Shown: in pieces, positions 1 through 11,700 of the stretch
How positions within the stretch are numbered: the first letter of the stretch is position 1
Layout of the letters: the number at the start of each line of letters is the position of its first letter
NCBI GenBank assembly: GCA_964291215.2
Contig: OZ219791.1
Span: 64,001-128,000 of the forward strand
DNA length: 64,000 nucleotides
Direction: 5' to 3'
Origin: Alphaproteobacteria bacterium
GTDB lineage: Bacteria > Pseudomonadota > Alphaproteobacteria > MPNO01 > UBA830
Translations under genes and position numbers: made by a program
Notes under the pieces: generated by a model
The model's database searches: none
What the model was told of the DNA's origin: nothing
What the model saw: only the letters and a program-made list of their open reading frames with translations

Positions 1-177
1 CTCGACGCAACCAAGCGGCTGGCCATGATGGACGAGGCGCAGAAGCTCTGGGTCGAGGACGCACCTTGGGTGTTGACCACCTATCCCGCCACATTCGAGG
101 CTATGGCTCCCAATGTCTCGGGCTGGGTGCATTACCCGGACGAGCACGAGCGCTGGCGCGAGCTCGTTTCAGAGTAA
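1..177 (+). CDS. ABC transporter peptide/nickel-type substrate-binding protein, C-terminal end (partial)
   Basis: Frame +1 reads LDATKRLAMMDEAQKLWVEDAPWV...ELVSE-stop, typical family 5 SBP C-terminus; directly upstream of permeases. Confidence 0.75.
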   Translation, partial: LDATKRLAMMDEAQKLWVEDAPWVLTTYPATFEAMAPNVSGWVHYPDEHERWRELVSE

Positions 178-210
178 TGGTGCTGAACGGGGTGGAAATG
201 GGTTGAACAC

Positions 211-1224
211 ATGACGTTCAACCGCTTTCTGCTACGCAGGTTCCTGATGGCGATCCCGCTTCTGGTCGGGATCGTCTTCGTAACCTTCATGCTGGTCCGC
301 GTTGGCGGGCTGGATCCGGTCGGTCGCCTGGCAGGGCCCACGGCGACCGCCGAAGAATTCGACATGATCCGCGCCGAACTGGGTCTGGACGAGCCGCTCT
401 GGAAACAGTTCGCGATCTATGCAGGCAACGTGGCGCAGGGCGATCTTGGGGAAAGCTGGCTTTCCAACCGCCCTGTCCTGACCGACCTCAAGGAACGCGC
501 TTTTATCTCGATCGAACTTTTGTTCTGGGGCGTGGGAATAGGAATCTTGATTGGCGTGCCCATCGGATTGCGCGCCGCGTTCAGACCGAACGGCAAGTTT
601 GATCAGGTCAGCCGCGTCCTGTCGCTTTTGGGCTTTTCCATCCCGACCTACTGGCTCGGGCTGGTGATGCTGTTCGTCTTCTTCTATCTCTTGAGGTGGG
701 CACCGCCCGGCATTGGCCGGATCAATCTCATGGTCTCGCCACCCGACTATGTGATCGGCTCCTATTTTATTGACGGTCTTCTGGCCGGCGATTGGCGGGC
801 TGCGAAATCGGCGGCCACGCATTTGATCCTGCCTGTGGTTTGCCTGGCCATTGTGTCAGCCGCGCCAATCATCAAACAGACCCGCGCCATTGCGCTTGAA
901 GTGCTGTCCTCCGACGCCGCCCGCTACGCCCGCGCTTCAGGTCTGCCGCAAAAGACCGTGCGCAAACTGGTCCTGAAGAACAGCGCCACGCCGGTCGTCA
1001 CGTTCGTCGGCACCGAGATCACGGGCCTCGTGGGCACCATGTCGCTGATCGAATACGTCTTCGCCTGGGGTGGCCTTGGGCAATACGGGCTGAACGCCAT
1101 CGTCCGGGGCGACTTCACCGCCGTTCAGGGTTATGTCCTGACACTGGCCCTGTTCTCGGTCGTGGTCTTCCTGATCGTGGATATCATCGTGGCCCTCATC
1201 GAACCAAGGTCGGAGCTGACCTGA
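211..1224 (+). CDS. ABC transporter permease (DppB/OppB-like)
   Basis: 337 aa, multiple TM segments, LGLDEPLWKQF N-terminal motif, ARASGL EAA-like loop. Confidence 0.92.
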   Translation: MTFNRFLLRRFLMAIPLLVGIVFVTFMLVRVGGLDPVGRLAGPTATAEEFDMIRAELGLDEPLWKQFAIYAGNVAQGDLGESWLSNRPVLTDLKERAFISIELLFWGVGIGILIGVPIGLRAAFRPNGKFDQVSRVLSLLGFSIPTYWLGLVMLFVFFYLLRWAPPGIGRINLMVSPPDYVIGSYFIDGLLAGDWRAAKSAATHLILPVVCLAIVSAAPIIKQTRAIALEVLSSDAARYARASGLPQKTVRKLVLKNSATPVVTFVGTEITGLVGTMSLIEYVFAWGGLGQYGLNAIVRGDFTAVQGYVLTLALFSVVVFLIVDIIVALIEPRSELT

Positions 1225-2123
1225 TGGCGGATACGGTCGGCGAATTCGGGCATGATCAAGTGGCCGAGCCGTCCTTCAGGTTGAAAAACCGGCTGATCGG
1301 AATTGCCCGTGTCAGCCCCACGATGGCCGCAGGCGTGATCATCATTCTGACCTTCGGTTTCCTGGCAGTCTTTGCCCATTGGCTCATGCCGCACGACCCG
1401 GTGTCTTCGTACCACGACCGTGTGCTCCAATCACCCTCCGCCCAGCACTGGTTCGGCACCGACGGCAACGGCATGGATGTCTTTTCCCGCGTGATCTACG
1501 GCGCGAAATTCGGGTTCGGCATTGCGATCCCGGCCGTGCTGCTGTCGGTGGTAATTGGCATCCCTGTCGGGCTGATTGCTGGTTATCGCGGTGGCTATCT
1601 GGACGAGGCGCTGATGCGTTTCTTCGACGGATTGCGCGTCTTTCCCTCGATCATCCTCGCCCTTGCAGTGGTCGCCGCCACAGGGCAATCGCTTTTGAAC
1701 GTGGTGTTGGTGCTGGGCTTCCTCGATTCCCCCGTCTTCGCGCGCGTGGTCCGGTCCGAAGTGCTGGCGCTCCGCTCCTCGGTCTTCGTGGAAAGCGCAC
1801 GGGCGGCGGGTAATCCGACCTGGCGTATTCTTTTCGTCCATCTCTTACCGAACGCCATTCAAGGGGCCATGGCGCAGACCGCCGTGCGGGCGGCCTGGGC
1901 GGTCAGGATCAGCGCGACGCTCGCTTTCCTCGGGGTCGGCATCCAGGCACCAACCCCGGAGTGGGGTGCGATGATCCGGCAGGGGGCCGAGTTCATAGTC
2001 ACCGGCCAGTGGTGGGTGGCACTGTTTCCCGGCATCGCGCTGATTTTCCTGGTCTTCGGGCTGAACCTCTTCGGCGACGGCCTGCAAGACCTGATGGACC
2101 CGCGATGGAAGGCCGTTAAGTGA
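1224..2123 (+). CDS. ABC transporter permease (DppC/OppC-like)
   Basis: HWFGTDGNGMDVFSR, FVESARAAG EAA motif, PTPEWG. Confidence 0.92.
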   Translation: MADTVGEFGHDQVAEPSFRLKNRLIGIARVSPTMAAGVIIILTFGFLAVFAHWLMPHDPVSSYHDRVLQSPSAQHWFGTDGNGMDVFSRVIYGAKFGFGIAIPAVLLSVVIGIPVGLIAGYRGGYLDEALMRFFDGLRVFPSIILALAVVAATGQSLLNVVLVLGFLDSPVFARVVRSEVLALRSSVFVESARAAGNPTWRILFVHLLPNAIQGAMAQTAVRAAWAVRISATLAFLGVGIQAPTPEWGAMIRQGAEFIVTGQWWVALFPGIALIFLVFGLNLFGDGLQDLMDPRWKAVK

Positions 2124-3115
2124 GCCTTCTCAAAGTCGAGAACCTGCGCACTCATTTCATTTCCCGCGATATCGACAACCGAGTTCGCACGGCAGAAGCC
2201 CTGAACGATGTCAGCTTCTCGCTGGACGCCGGCAAGGTGCTGGGCTTCGTAGGCGAGACGGGCGCGGGCAAGTCCCTGACCGCACAATCCATCTGTGGGC
2301 TTCTGCGCCCGCCCGCGCGGATCGTCGGCGGGAGGGTGACATTCGACGGTCATGATCTGACGGCGATGGACCCTGACGAACTGAATGCGCTTCGGGGGGC
2401 CGACATTGCGATGGTGGTGCAGAACCCGCGTACTTCGCTGGACCCGCTGACGCGGATCGGCGACCAACTTGTGCGCATTCATCAGGCCCACAGCGGCGGG
2501 CCCCTGGCCTCGTCGCAGGCGCGCGCTTTGGAGATGATGGAGGCGGTCGGCATCCCCGATCCCAAAAACCGCGCGAAGGCCTGGCCGCACGAGTTGTCCG
2601 GTGGTATGGCGCAGCGTGTGCTGATCGCCATGGCGCTGATGAACGACCCCAAGCTGTTGATCGCGGACGAACCGACGACCGGTCTGGATGTGACCGTTCA
2701 GGCGCAAATACTCGATTTGCTGAAGGACCTGACCGAACGATATTCGATGGCGATGATCATCATCACTCACGATCTGGGCATCGTCGCCCATTACAGCGAC
2801 GAAGTCGCGGTGATGTTCGCAGGCACCATCGTCGAAGCCGGGCCGGTCGGTGCTATCTTTGACGCACCCGCGCACCCCTATACCCGCTCACTGATCGCCG
2901 CGACGCCCGAACGGCTGAAAGTCGGCGGCGGTGCCAAACTCGGCGGCCAACCACCTGATCTTTACAACCTGCCAAGCGGCTGTCCGCTGCGCACCCGCTG
3001 CACTTTTGCGCGCGAGATCTGCGCCTCGCCGCCGCCCAGGCAAGAGATCGGTTCGGATCATTTCGCCATGTGCCACCTTGCCGAGGCCCTGCCCGATGAA
3101 GGAAACGCGGCATGA
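2120..3115 (+). CDS. ABC transporter ATP-binding protein (DppD-like)
   Basis: Walker A GETGAGKS, LSGGMAQR, IADEPTT, HPYT and C-terminal Cys cluster. Confidence 0.93.
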   Translation: MSLLKVENLRTHFISRDIDNRVRTAEALNDVSFSLDAGKVLGFVGETGAGKSLTAQSICGLLRPPARIVGGRVTFDGHDLTAMDPDELNALRGADIAMVVQNPRTSLDPLTRIGDQLVRIHQAHSGGPLASSQARALEMMEAVGIPDPKNRAKAWPHELSGGMAQRVLIAMALMNDPKLLIADEPTTGLDVTVQAQILDLLKDLTERYSMAMIIITHDLGIVAHYSDEVAVMFAGTIVEAGPVGAIFDAPAHPYTRSLIAATPERLKVGGGAKLGGQPPDLYNLPSGCPLRTRCTFAREICASPPPRQEIGSDHFAMCHLAEALPDEGNAA

Positions 3116-4101
3116 CCGGCCCGATCCTGAACGTCGAGAAACTGGTCAAACGCTTTCCCGCTGGCGGAGGCAGGTTCGTCAACGCCGTCAACGGCATCGA
3201 CCTTGCCATTGCGCCCGGCGAAACCCTGGGGATGGTCGGTGAAAGCGGCTCGGGCAAATCGACCATCGGGCGCGCCATCCTGAGGCTGACCGAGCCGACC
3301 GAGGGCCGGATCACCTTCGATGGACAGGACATCACGCGCATTCCCGAACGCCGGATGCGTCTTTTGCGCCGAGACATGCAGATGGTGTTTCAGGATCCCT
3401 GGAGTGCGCTCAATCCCCGAATGCGAATCGGAGACCTGATTGCCGAACCGATGAAACTTCACCTCGATCTGTCGAAGACCGAGCGTGAAAACAAGACTGT
3501 CGACCTGGCCAAACGCGTCCACCTCAGGCCCGATTTCCTCAGGAGGCATTCCAGCGATCTGTCCGGCGGGCAACTGCAACGGGTCTGCATCGCCCGCGCC
3601 ATCGCCACCAATCCGAAGCTGATCGTTCTTGATGAACCAACGTCATCGCTCGATCTGTCGGTGCGGGCCGAAATCCTCGATCTTCTGGCCGAGATCCGCG
3701 AACAGACCCAGGCGGCGATGCTGTTCATCAGCCACGACCTTGGCACCGTCCGCTTGATCAGCGACCGGATCGTCGTGCTCTATCTCGGGTTCGTAGTGGA
3801 AACCGCGCCAACCGAGGCGCTGTTCTCGGAACCGGCCCATCCCTATTCGCAATCCCTCCTTTCAGCCCATCTGCCTGCCGACCCCTCGGCAACACTGGCC
3901 CGTCACGTTCTTGAAGGCGAGGTTCCCTCCCCCATCAACCTACCCAGGGGTTGTACCTTTCACACTCGCTGCCCGGCGACCGTCGACCGTTGCCGGAAAG
4001 AGGTTCCCGGCCCGGAACAGATTGGCCGCGACGATCATGTGGCCAATTGCTTGCGCATCGCGGAAGGCGGCAACCGCATCAAATCGACGGAGGCGGCATG
4101 A
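3112..4101 (+). CDS. ABC transporter ATP-binding protein (DppF-like)
   Basis: GESGSGKS, LSGGQLQR, LDEPTS, HPYS. Confidence 0.93.
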   Translation: MTGPILNVEKLVKRFPAGGGRFVNAVNGIDLAIAPGETLGMVGESGSGKSTIGRAILRLTEPTEGRITFDGQDITRIPERRMRLLRRDMQMVFQDPWSALNPRMRIGDLIAEPMKLHLDLSKTERENKTVDLAKRVHLRPDFLRRHSSDLSGGQLQRVCIARAIATNPKLIVLDEPTSSLDLSVRAEILDLLAEIREQTQAAMLFISHDLGTVRLISDRIVVLYLGFVVETAPTEALFSEPAHPYSQSLLSAHLPADPSATLARHVLEGEVPSPINLPRGCTFHTRCPATVDRCRKEVPGPEQIGRDDHVANCLRIAEGGNRIKSTEAA

Positions 4102-6092
4102 CAGCCGACGCCTATCCAATCCTCGGCAGCCCGATGAAACTGGGCCCAAAAACCGCGCGCAATCGCATCTGGATGACGGCCCATGCAACGCTCCTGGTCA
4201 AGGACCACCTCTTCACCGAAGCACATCTGGCCTATTACCGCGCACGTGCAAAGGGCGGCGCTGCCGTCATCACGATGGAGGCCATGGCCGCGCACCCGAC
4301 GACCCAGCCCTATAAGGGTAAGGCCTTCGCCTTCGATCCGCGCATGGCGCCCGAATACCGCAAGCTGGCGGATGCCGTTCACGAATACGGCACGCTTCTG
4401 TTGTCCCAGCCTTGGCACCGGGGACGGCAGACCAACAGCGTTACCAACGGGTTGCCGGTCTGGGCGCCCTCCGCCGTGCCTTGCGGGGTCTACCGCGAGA
4501 TGCCCCATGTGATGACCGGCAAGGACATCGCCGAGATCATCGAAGGCTACCGCGCCTCGGCCAAGATATCCCGCGAAGGCAGGCTGGACGGGGTCGAAGT
4601 CCACGGGATGAGCCACGGATACCTGTTGAACCAGTTCCTGTCGCCCGCCACCAATCACCGAAGCGACGCCTATGGCGGTTCGCTGGATGACCGGATCCGG
4701 ATCGTGATCGAAATCCTGGAAGCCACGCGCCAGGAAGTCGGCCCCGACATGATCGTTGGTATGCGCTTGAATTCGGATGACGGGCACGAGGGCGGGCTTG
4801 GCCCCGACGAATGGGCCGAGATCGCCGCGCTCTTCGAGGCAACGGGGCTGATTGACTATGTCTCGCTCAGCCACGGGACCTATATCAACCGGATGCTGAT
4901 TTATCCGACATCGCCCAAAGAGCACGGGTTCCAACTCGACGCCACGGCTCGGGTCAAATCGGCGCTGAAAGTTCCGGTCGTCGGCGTCGGGCGGATCACC
5001 AACCCCGAGGAGGCCGAAGGCTATCTCGCGGATGGCAAGTGCGATTTCGTCGGCATGGCCCGGGCGCTGATCTCGGACCCCCGCTGGGGCGCGAAAGCGA
5101 TGTCGGGCGAGGCCAGGCGCATTCGCCCCTGTGTCGGTGCCAACTGGTGCATGTCGACGATCTTTGCCCAGGCCCCGGTCGGATGCATCCATAACCCGGC
5201 GGCGGGTCAAGAGCTGGAATTCGACGAAGACAACATCGCTTCCTCCGAAGCACCCCGCAGCGTCGCGGTGGTGGGCGGAGGCCCCGCCGGACTACGCGCC
5301 GCCTGGACGGCGGCACGTCGCGGCCATCGGGTGACGCTTTTCGAAGCACGTGAGAAACTCGGCGGGCAGGTCCGCTTCTGGGAAAAGGCCGAAAGCCGTC
5401 GCGAGTTGGTCGCCGTGGTCGATTGGCTGATTGACCGTCTGTCCGAGGAAGATGTCACCCTCCGCCTGAACACCAAAGCCACACCGGATGACCTGACCGG
5501 TTTCGACGCCGTCATCGTCGCGACCGGATCGTCCGGACTGAAACATGGCTGGACCATGCTGCGCCCCGAGAAATGGAAAGGCCCGCCCTTGCCCGGGGCC
5601 GATCTGCCGCATGTGTTCTCATACACGGAACTCTTGGAAACCGAGCCCAAAGTCGGACACCGCGCGGTGGTTTTCGACACGATGGGCGGACGGCAAGGCG
5701 CGGTGACTGCGGAATTCCTCGCACGCCAGGGTGCCGAAGTGATCTTCGTCACGCAACTTGGTCAACCCTCCCCCGATCTCGCCTCCAGCCGCGATTGGGG
5801 CAAGGTGCACGGCATGCTCCGGAAGCTTGGCGTCAGTTTCAAGGTTGACCGGGAGCTCACCGAGATCTCGGAAAGCACCGTGACAATCCGCGATCTCTAC
5901 ACCGGCGAAACCGAGGTTATTCAGAACATCGACACGGTTACCATGATCGTTGGAAGCCAGGCGCAGGACACACTGTTTCATACGCTCACGGCAACCGATG
6001 GCCCCGATTGCCACCTGATTGGGGATGCCATGGCCCCCCGCCGGGTGAACGACGCGATCCGCGAGGGCGAGATGGTCGCCCGCTGTCTCTAA
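4098..6092 (+). CDS. NADH:flavin oxidoreductase (old yellow enzyme / FadH-TMADH-like, FMN + 4Fe-4S + FAD domains)
   Basis: EVHGMSHGYLLNQFLSP, NHRSDAYGGS, RPCVGANWC...CIHNP, VVGGGPAG; ATG at 4098 overlaps upstream stop. Confidence 0.88.
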   Translation: MTADAYPILGSPMKLGPKTARNRIWMTAHATLLVKDHLFTEAHLAYYRARAKGGAAVITMEAMAAHPTTQPYKGKAFAFDPRMAPEYRKLADAVHEYGTLLLSQPWHRGRQTNSVTNGLPVWAPSAVPCGVYREMPHVMTGKDIAEIIEGYRASAKISREGRLDGVEVHGMSHGYLLNQFLSPATNHRSDAYGGSLDDRIRIVIEILEATRQEVGPDMIVGMRLNSDDGHEGGLGPDEWAEIAALFEATGLIDYVSLSHGTYINRMLIYPTSPKEHGFQLDATARVKSALKVPVVGVGRITNPEEAEGYLADGKCDFVGMARALISDPRWGAKAMSGEARRIRPCVGANWCMSTIFAQAPVGCIHNPAAGQELEFDEDNIASSEAPRSVAVVGGGPAGLRAAWTAARRGHRVTLFEAREKLGGQVRFWEKAESRRELVAVVDWLIDRLSEEDVTLRLNTKATPDDLTGFDAVIVATGSSGLKHGWTMLRPEKWKGPPLPGADLPHVFSYTELLETEPKVGHRAVVFDTMGGRQGAVTAEFLARQGAEVIFVTQLGQPSPDLASSRDWGKVHGMLRKLGVSFKVDRELTEISESTVTIRDLYTGETEVIQNIDTVTMIVGSQAQDTLFHTLTATDGPDCHLIGDAMAPRRVNDAIREGEMVARCL

Positions 6093-6111
6093 CCCAAGGA
6101 AAGGACACCCG

Positions 6112-6528
6112 ATGACCCCGGAAGGAAAGGCCGAGTTGGACAAGATCCGCGAAGTGCGTGGCTATACGCTGCCAGTGCACGAGTACCTCGCCGAGCTTGA
6201 TCCCGAGATGCTAAAACGCTACGGCAACTTGGCCTCGTACACGCTCTTTGGCGACGCCGAGGGGCGTCCGATGGACCTGAAAACGCGGTTCCTCGTGCTG
6301 GTTGGCGTGACCACGGCAGTCAAAGGGGACCGCGAAGGCGTTGAATGGGCCGCCATCCGGGCGATCCAGAACGGTGCCACCTGGAAAGAGGTCTACGAGG
6401 CCGCTTTCATGGCCGCCCTGCCCGCCGGTATCCCCGCTTTCGAGGCCAGTTGCCGCGCCTTCAATGCCATGAAAGAAGGCGACGCCTGGGTAGACCTTGA
6501 GATGCCCGAGGATGATGGCGACGGGTGA
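6112..6528 (+). CDS. Carboxymuconolactone decarboxylase (CMD/AhpD) family protein
   Basis: MDLKTRFLVLVG...AIQNGATWKEVYEA...AGIPA pattern; RBS AAGGA upstream. Confidence 0.75.
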   Translation: MTPEGKAELDKIREVRGYTLPVHEYLAELDPEMLKRYGNLASYTLFGDAEGRPMDLKTRFLVLVGVTTAVKGDREGVEWAAIRAIQNGATWKEVYEAAFMAALPAGIPAFEASCRAFNAMKEGDAWVDLEMPEDDGDG

Positions 6529-8108
6529 GCGAGAAGGCGGATATCGCCATCGTCGGCGGTGGCGCGGGCGGTCTGGCCTTCGCCTGGGCCGTGGCCGCGC
6601 GCGGGCTGAAGGTCGTACTTTTGGAACGCGGGCGGGCCGTCGATCAGCGTCAGGCGCCAACGCTTGATGACGATTGGGAACTGGCGCTTCAAACCACCTA
6701 TAACGCCAACCCGAACCTGCGCGCAGGGCCTGCCGATCACCCGGTCGACGACAAAGATAGCCCCATCAAGCCCGCCTTCTTCAACGCGCTCGGTGGCAGC
6801 ACCATCCGCTGGGGTGCCCATTTCCCGCGCTTCCGTCCGTCGGACTTCCGACCCCGTGCTCTGGATGGCGTCGGACAGGATTGGCCCCTGACCTACAGTG
6901 ACCTCGAACCCTGGTATGATCTGAACGATGTCATGATGGGCGTGGCGGGACTTGCGGGAGACCCCGGCAATCCGCCCCGCGCGCGACGTCCCTGCCCGCC
7001 CCTGCCACTTTGCCCCGTGACGGAAAAACTGGCCAAAGCCTTCGATAAACTCGGTTGGCACTGGTGGCCTTCCGATGCCGCAATCCTGACCGAAGACCTT
7101 GGCGTGCGCGACAGCTGCAACAATTGCGGCCCCTGCGGCCTAGGCTGCCCTCGCCATGCCCGCGCGAGTGCCGACATCGCCTATGCCGATGCAGCACGCG
7201 CGCGGGGCGTGGATATTCGTACCGGCGTCACCGTGGCCGGGCTCGAGGTGTCCTCCAACGGTGCCCGCGTCGAGGCGCTGCGCACCATCGGGCCAGACGG
7301 TCACGGTCGCCTGAGCCCCGCCGAGACTGTGATTGCCGCCAACGGACTCGGCACCGCACGGCTTTTGCTACCGGAGTCCAAACTGCACCATCCGCTTCTT
7401 GGCCGTGGATTGATGCTGCACCCGACCGCCATTGTCACCGGTCTCTTCCGCGAAACCCTGCAAAGCTATCGCGGTGCCTTCGCTGCCGCCCTCGTCAGCC
7501 AGGAATTCTATGAGACCGACAAGGCGCGCGGATTCGCGCGAGGCTTCCAGATGCAGGCGCTGCGGGGTCAAGGTCCGCTCACCACTGCCCAGGGTGGCTA
7601 TGGAACGCGGCTGCCTTGGGGGCGGCTCCACGCGGAAACCTTCGAACAAACTTTCGGACGCACGCTCAGCCTGACAGTGACCTGCGACGACCTCCCCGAG
7701 GACGAAAACCGGATCGATATCGACCCAACTCGCCAGGACCGGTGGGGGATGCCGATCCCGCGAATGATCTATCGACTTGGCGAGAACACCCGCGCCATGC
7801 GCGACTTCGGTGTCGCCCGCGCCTCGGAAGCCCTCCGCGCCGCCGGGGCCTGGAAGATCGTGGTCACGAGGCTCTCCCATACCGCTGGCTTCCACCTCAT
7901 GGGCACGGCCCGGATGGGACACGACGAATGCACCAGCATCACCGACCGGGATGGCCGTATGCAAGGCGTCGAAAACCTCACCATTGTCGACAGCTCGACC
8001 TTCGCCTCCGCGGCAGCCGTCAACCCAACACCGACTTTGCAGGCCGTTGCCCTACGCGCGGCAGATGCCATGCGGCAACGGCTGGGGCTAGGTGAGGTAA
8101 CCCCATGA
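6525..8108 (+). CDS. GMC family oxidoreductase (flavoprotein subunit)
   Basis: IVGGGAGG, LGGSTIRW, DWPLTYSDLEPWY, CNNCGPCGLGC, HLMGTARMG, NPTPT. Confidence 0.9.
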   Translation: MSEKADIAIVGGGAGGLAFAWAVAARGLKVVLLERGRAVDQRQAPTLDDDWELALQTTYNANPNLRAGPADHPVDDKDSPIKPAFFNALGGSTIRWGAHFPRFRPSDFRPRALDGVGQDWPLTYSDLEPWYDLNDVMMGVAGLAGDPGNPPRARRPCPPLPLCPVTEKLAKAFDKLGWHWWPSDAAILTEDLGVRDSCNNCGPCGLGCPRHARASADIAYADAARARGVDIRTGVTVAGLEVSSNGARVEALRTIGPDGHGRLSPAETVIAANGLGTARLLLPESKLHHPLLGRGLMLHPTAIVTGLFRETLQSYRGAFAAALVSQEFYETDKARGFARGFQMQALRGQGPLTTAQGGYGTRLPWGRLHAETFEQTFGRTLSLTVTCDDLPEDENRIDIDPTRQDRWGMPIPRMIYRLGENTRAMRDFGVARASEALRAAGAWKIVVTRLSHTAGFHLMGTARMGHDECTSITDRDGRMQGVENLTIVDSSTFASAAAVNPTPTLQAVALRAADAMRQRLGLGEVTP

Positions 8109-8542
8109 CAGTACAAGACCCGCTCGTTATCCTTCTCGACACCCTCTTGCCCGGCGACGGATCCGATTGGCCAGCGGCGGGCCAGCATGGGCTGGCAAAC
8201 CGCACACGCGAACTTACCGCTCTTTTTCCCGGCGGTTCCGAAGCGCTTGAAACCATTCTGGCCGCCCTGCCAAATGGCTTTGCCGACAAACCGCAGGAAT
8301 TGCGCGAAAGTCAGCTAAAGGCAATCGAAGACACCGAACCCGAAGCCTTCGAAAAAACCGTCTCGGCAGCCTACAACGCCTATTACACCGACCCCACCAT
8401 TCGAGACATCATCGAATGGCTGACCGGATACGAAAACCGCCCGCCCCAGCCCGAAGGCTATGACCTGCCGCCCTTCGACGAAAGCCTGCTCGATCAGGTC
8501 AAGGCACGCGGCCCGATCTGGCGCAAGGTGCCCGAAGAATGA
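8105..8542 (+). CDS. Putative small subunit partner of GMC oxidoreductase (gluconate-2-dehydrogenase subunit 3-like)
   Basis: 145 aa coupled to GMC gene; LLDTLLPGDG...WPAA, AYYTDP, GYENRPPQP motifs. Confidence 0.6.
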   Translation: MTVQDPLVILLDTLLPGDGSDWPAAGQHGLANRTRELTALFPGGSEALETILAALPNGFADKPQELRESQLKAIEDTEPEAFEKTVSAAYNAYYTDPTIRDIIEWLTGYENRPPQPEGYDLPPFDESLLDQVKARGPIWRKVPEE

Positions 8543-8737
8543 GCGGATATTCCGGCATTCTGGAACCGCGCCCAGCCATCGGAGCCGGGGCCATGCTCAT
8601 CAATACCGTGCTGATCGTGGTCATGGGAGTCGCGGTGAAGACGCTGGCCCATATGGACGTTGGCACGCTTGAAATGCTGACCTGGCGCGCGGTGCTGATG
8701 TTTGTTCTCCTTCTCCCTTTTCTGATCAAAGTGGAGC

Positions 8738-11700
8738 GTAACTGCTCACCCCCCTGGTTCCGGCTTGATGTCGGGGTAGAGCAACGAACGGGTTTTCGTG
8801 GAGATTTGACACTGCATGCCGATTCGCTTAGTGGTGGTCATCGAGAACGACGGGGACCGCCAGTGGGCTACTTTGGATCGAAGGCGACGAGTGGGCTGTG
8901 CCAGCTGCTTCCGGGGCTCCGGCCCCCGCATGATCTGTATGTGAAAACGCATCTCGGAAGCGGCGCGCTGATGAAGCGCAAGGCCGGGTGATGGCGACGG
9001 GCGGCGCGCGAGGAGTTCGAAGCGGCCAAGACCGCGGCGCTGCCGGCAAGGTGGCGGAAGAGGCCGTCATCCGCGTCTTCGTCATCCTGCTCGACATCCT
9101 CATCGTCGTCCTTCTGGAGAAGACCACGCACGAGCCGGAACTCCGGTCTGCCGCCGTCACAGACGGACAAGAGCGTGCCGGGAGCAAGGGCCCGAAGCCG
9201 AACCGGCAGATGGGCGACAACCTGCGCAAGATCATCGTCGAGGAGACGGTCGCGGCCTGCGACGCCTGCGGCGCCGACGGCCCCGTCGATCGGGAGCGCC
9301 GCACGACATCGTGTTCGAGGTCGTCGAGCGCCGCGCCGAGATCAAGGAATGCCCGAAGTGCAAGGCCCGGGGCCGGTTCCCCGACAACATCCCGTGCAGT
9401 ACGGCATCCAGGCCCTCGTCATCAACCTGCTGGTCGCCCAAATGCTGTCCCTGCGCCGTCGCGCTCGTGCAGGCGATATCAAGCTCTCCGAGGCCTCGGC
9501 TATGCTTTCACGATGCGTCATGGGAGGAGGCCGCCGTGGCGCACCTCCTGCAACGCCCGATGTCGACGATTTCGGATCAACAGTAAGTGGCTTCATGTCG
9601 TGGGACCCTGACGTGCAAGTTCCCGCACCGCAAGCGCGGGCAAGAGATCGGCCCGTGCTACAAGGGCGTCCTGGGCCTCGTACATGGGCCAGTGTAGCCA
9701 CCAGCGGCAGCCACCTGCTGCGCGAACTGACCTTTGTCGTCGAGTCTACCGCGCGACTGATGAAGAGCCTGCTCCCTGCCACAAGATCAACAAGAGCGCA
9801 TCCAAGACCCTGAACGACGCCGGGCGCAAGCGCTACCGCACCATCAGGGCGCCAGGGAACTGCCCGACATCCCGACGAAAGGAAAACGTGGACGCAAGTC
9901 CGACGCGCACAACCTGCACGAACGTCTCGTGAAACACGAAAACCTGCGCTTCACAGACGACCATTGCGGTAGGGAACCGGGTTACCCCCCGCACAGAACC
10001 GGACGTGCGCTGTTCGCATCCGGCTCCTCCCCTGACGACAAGGCGCTGGTTTGGCCACGGATGCTGGCTCAGTGGGCAGCGGCGAGGGTGTCTATGTCCC
10101 CGGTGACGTCCTTTTGGGAGCGTCGCCGAAGGGCACGCAGCCGTTTGCATTGGTGTATGAACCCCTGCAGGGATTGACTGCTTCCCGGGACGGCGTAGTA
10201 GCAGCCGTTGATGACTCACCACTTGGCCGTTTCGTGCCGGTTGTCGTGCCATTGCATGCGCAAGGCCCCCTTGATCCGCCGCAGGGTGCCCGTTTGCGAG
10301 ACGGTTTGCGACCGACCCTGAACCTGCCTTTCCTCGTCTGTTCGCAGAAGTGCGTCATGCCGAGGAAGTCGAACGTCTTGCCCTGCTTCCGGCGGTTCGC
10401 TCTGGCAAACCGACCGAACTCGATGATTGTCCGGGTGCAGTTCAAGTGGGCCAGCCTCTCCCCAAGGTCCCGGAGAAAGCGCTGCGCATCGCCCAGATGC
10501 TGAAAGCCGCACACGAAGTCGTCCGCATAATGATCGTGTCGCCTCCAGCCATCCGCTTGCGCCAGTGGTTCTGGAACCAGTCGCACGTAGTGCAGGTAAA
10601 CGTTCGCGAGGCAGGGCGATACAATCGCCCCCTGCGGTGTTCCCTTGCCCGTATCCGACCAGTCGGTCCCTTCCATGACGCCGGCGTTTAGCCACTTGAT
10701 GATCAGACCCCCCGATCCGTTTCCCGAGCATCGCAATCAGGTGGTCGCGGTCGAGATTGTCGAAGAACCCGCGGGCGTCAACGATCCAGTTGACCTTCCG
10801 CCGTTCCACCGTGACGGCGTCGAGCGCGTGATGCGCCCCGGCCGGAAACCGTAACTAAACCCGAGGAACTCCGTTTCGTAGAGCGGCACCAGAATCACAC
10901 TGCCCGCTGAAGAATCTTGTCCGAGGCAAGCGGTCGTTGCCCTCCATCCTCCTTGGGTATGTAAACCCTGGAGGCGCCCGGTACGCACCCCTGTGCACAC
11001 GGGCGTGCAGGCAGTTCCACACCCTCCGCATACGCTTGCCACACAACGCCCCGCCGCCGCGTCCTTCCTCAAGGAATGGAACGCATCGTGCAGAGCGTCG
11101 ACCGTCACGTGGTGGAGTAAAGACGCTCTTCCGGGTTCCTCTTCGCTACCTGCGTTCAGCCGCCTGTGACCCCCGCTTCTGCGCGCGGCGCGGGCCAACC
11201 GCATTGCCCTTCCCTCCAGCAACTCCGCAGGCTCCGAAGAACCCTTGTTCGCCGCCTTCAACGGTACTATGGCCGGATCTGACTTCTCGTTCATCATCGG
11301 TTTATGGAATAGTTCCTTTCCTCTGCGGCCCCTCCACGACAGAGGGGCAAGACCTCCCAGGTCCCTGCTTCGGCCATGGTTCTCGGACCCCGCGGAGCCC
11401 CCCTCACCAACGCGGCTCGCGGGGTGTTGCCCACTTGGACGACCTCGGCACTCCGGTTTCAAAGCATCTCGTGGCTCAATAGCCCGGCCTGCCGCTCCCC
11501 AACGCTTCGCCTGACGCCTCACGACGCATGGTTCACGGAGAAAGTGGTGGTTAGCCTCTCTTCCTGCCGGGACTTGCACCCGGCAACATTCCACCAGTTA
11601 GCCTGGCGCACCCAACGTCAGCTTCACCAACAATGCCGGAGAACAGAAGATCAGGATGGCAAAGGTCAAGGTGTCCGGATGCTTCCGCTCCACGCAAAAG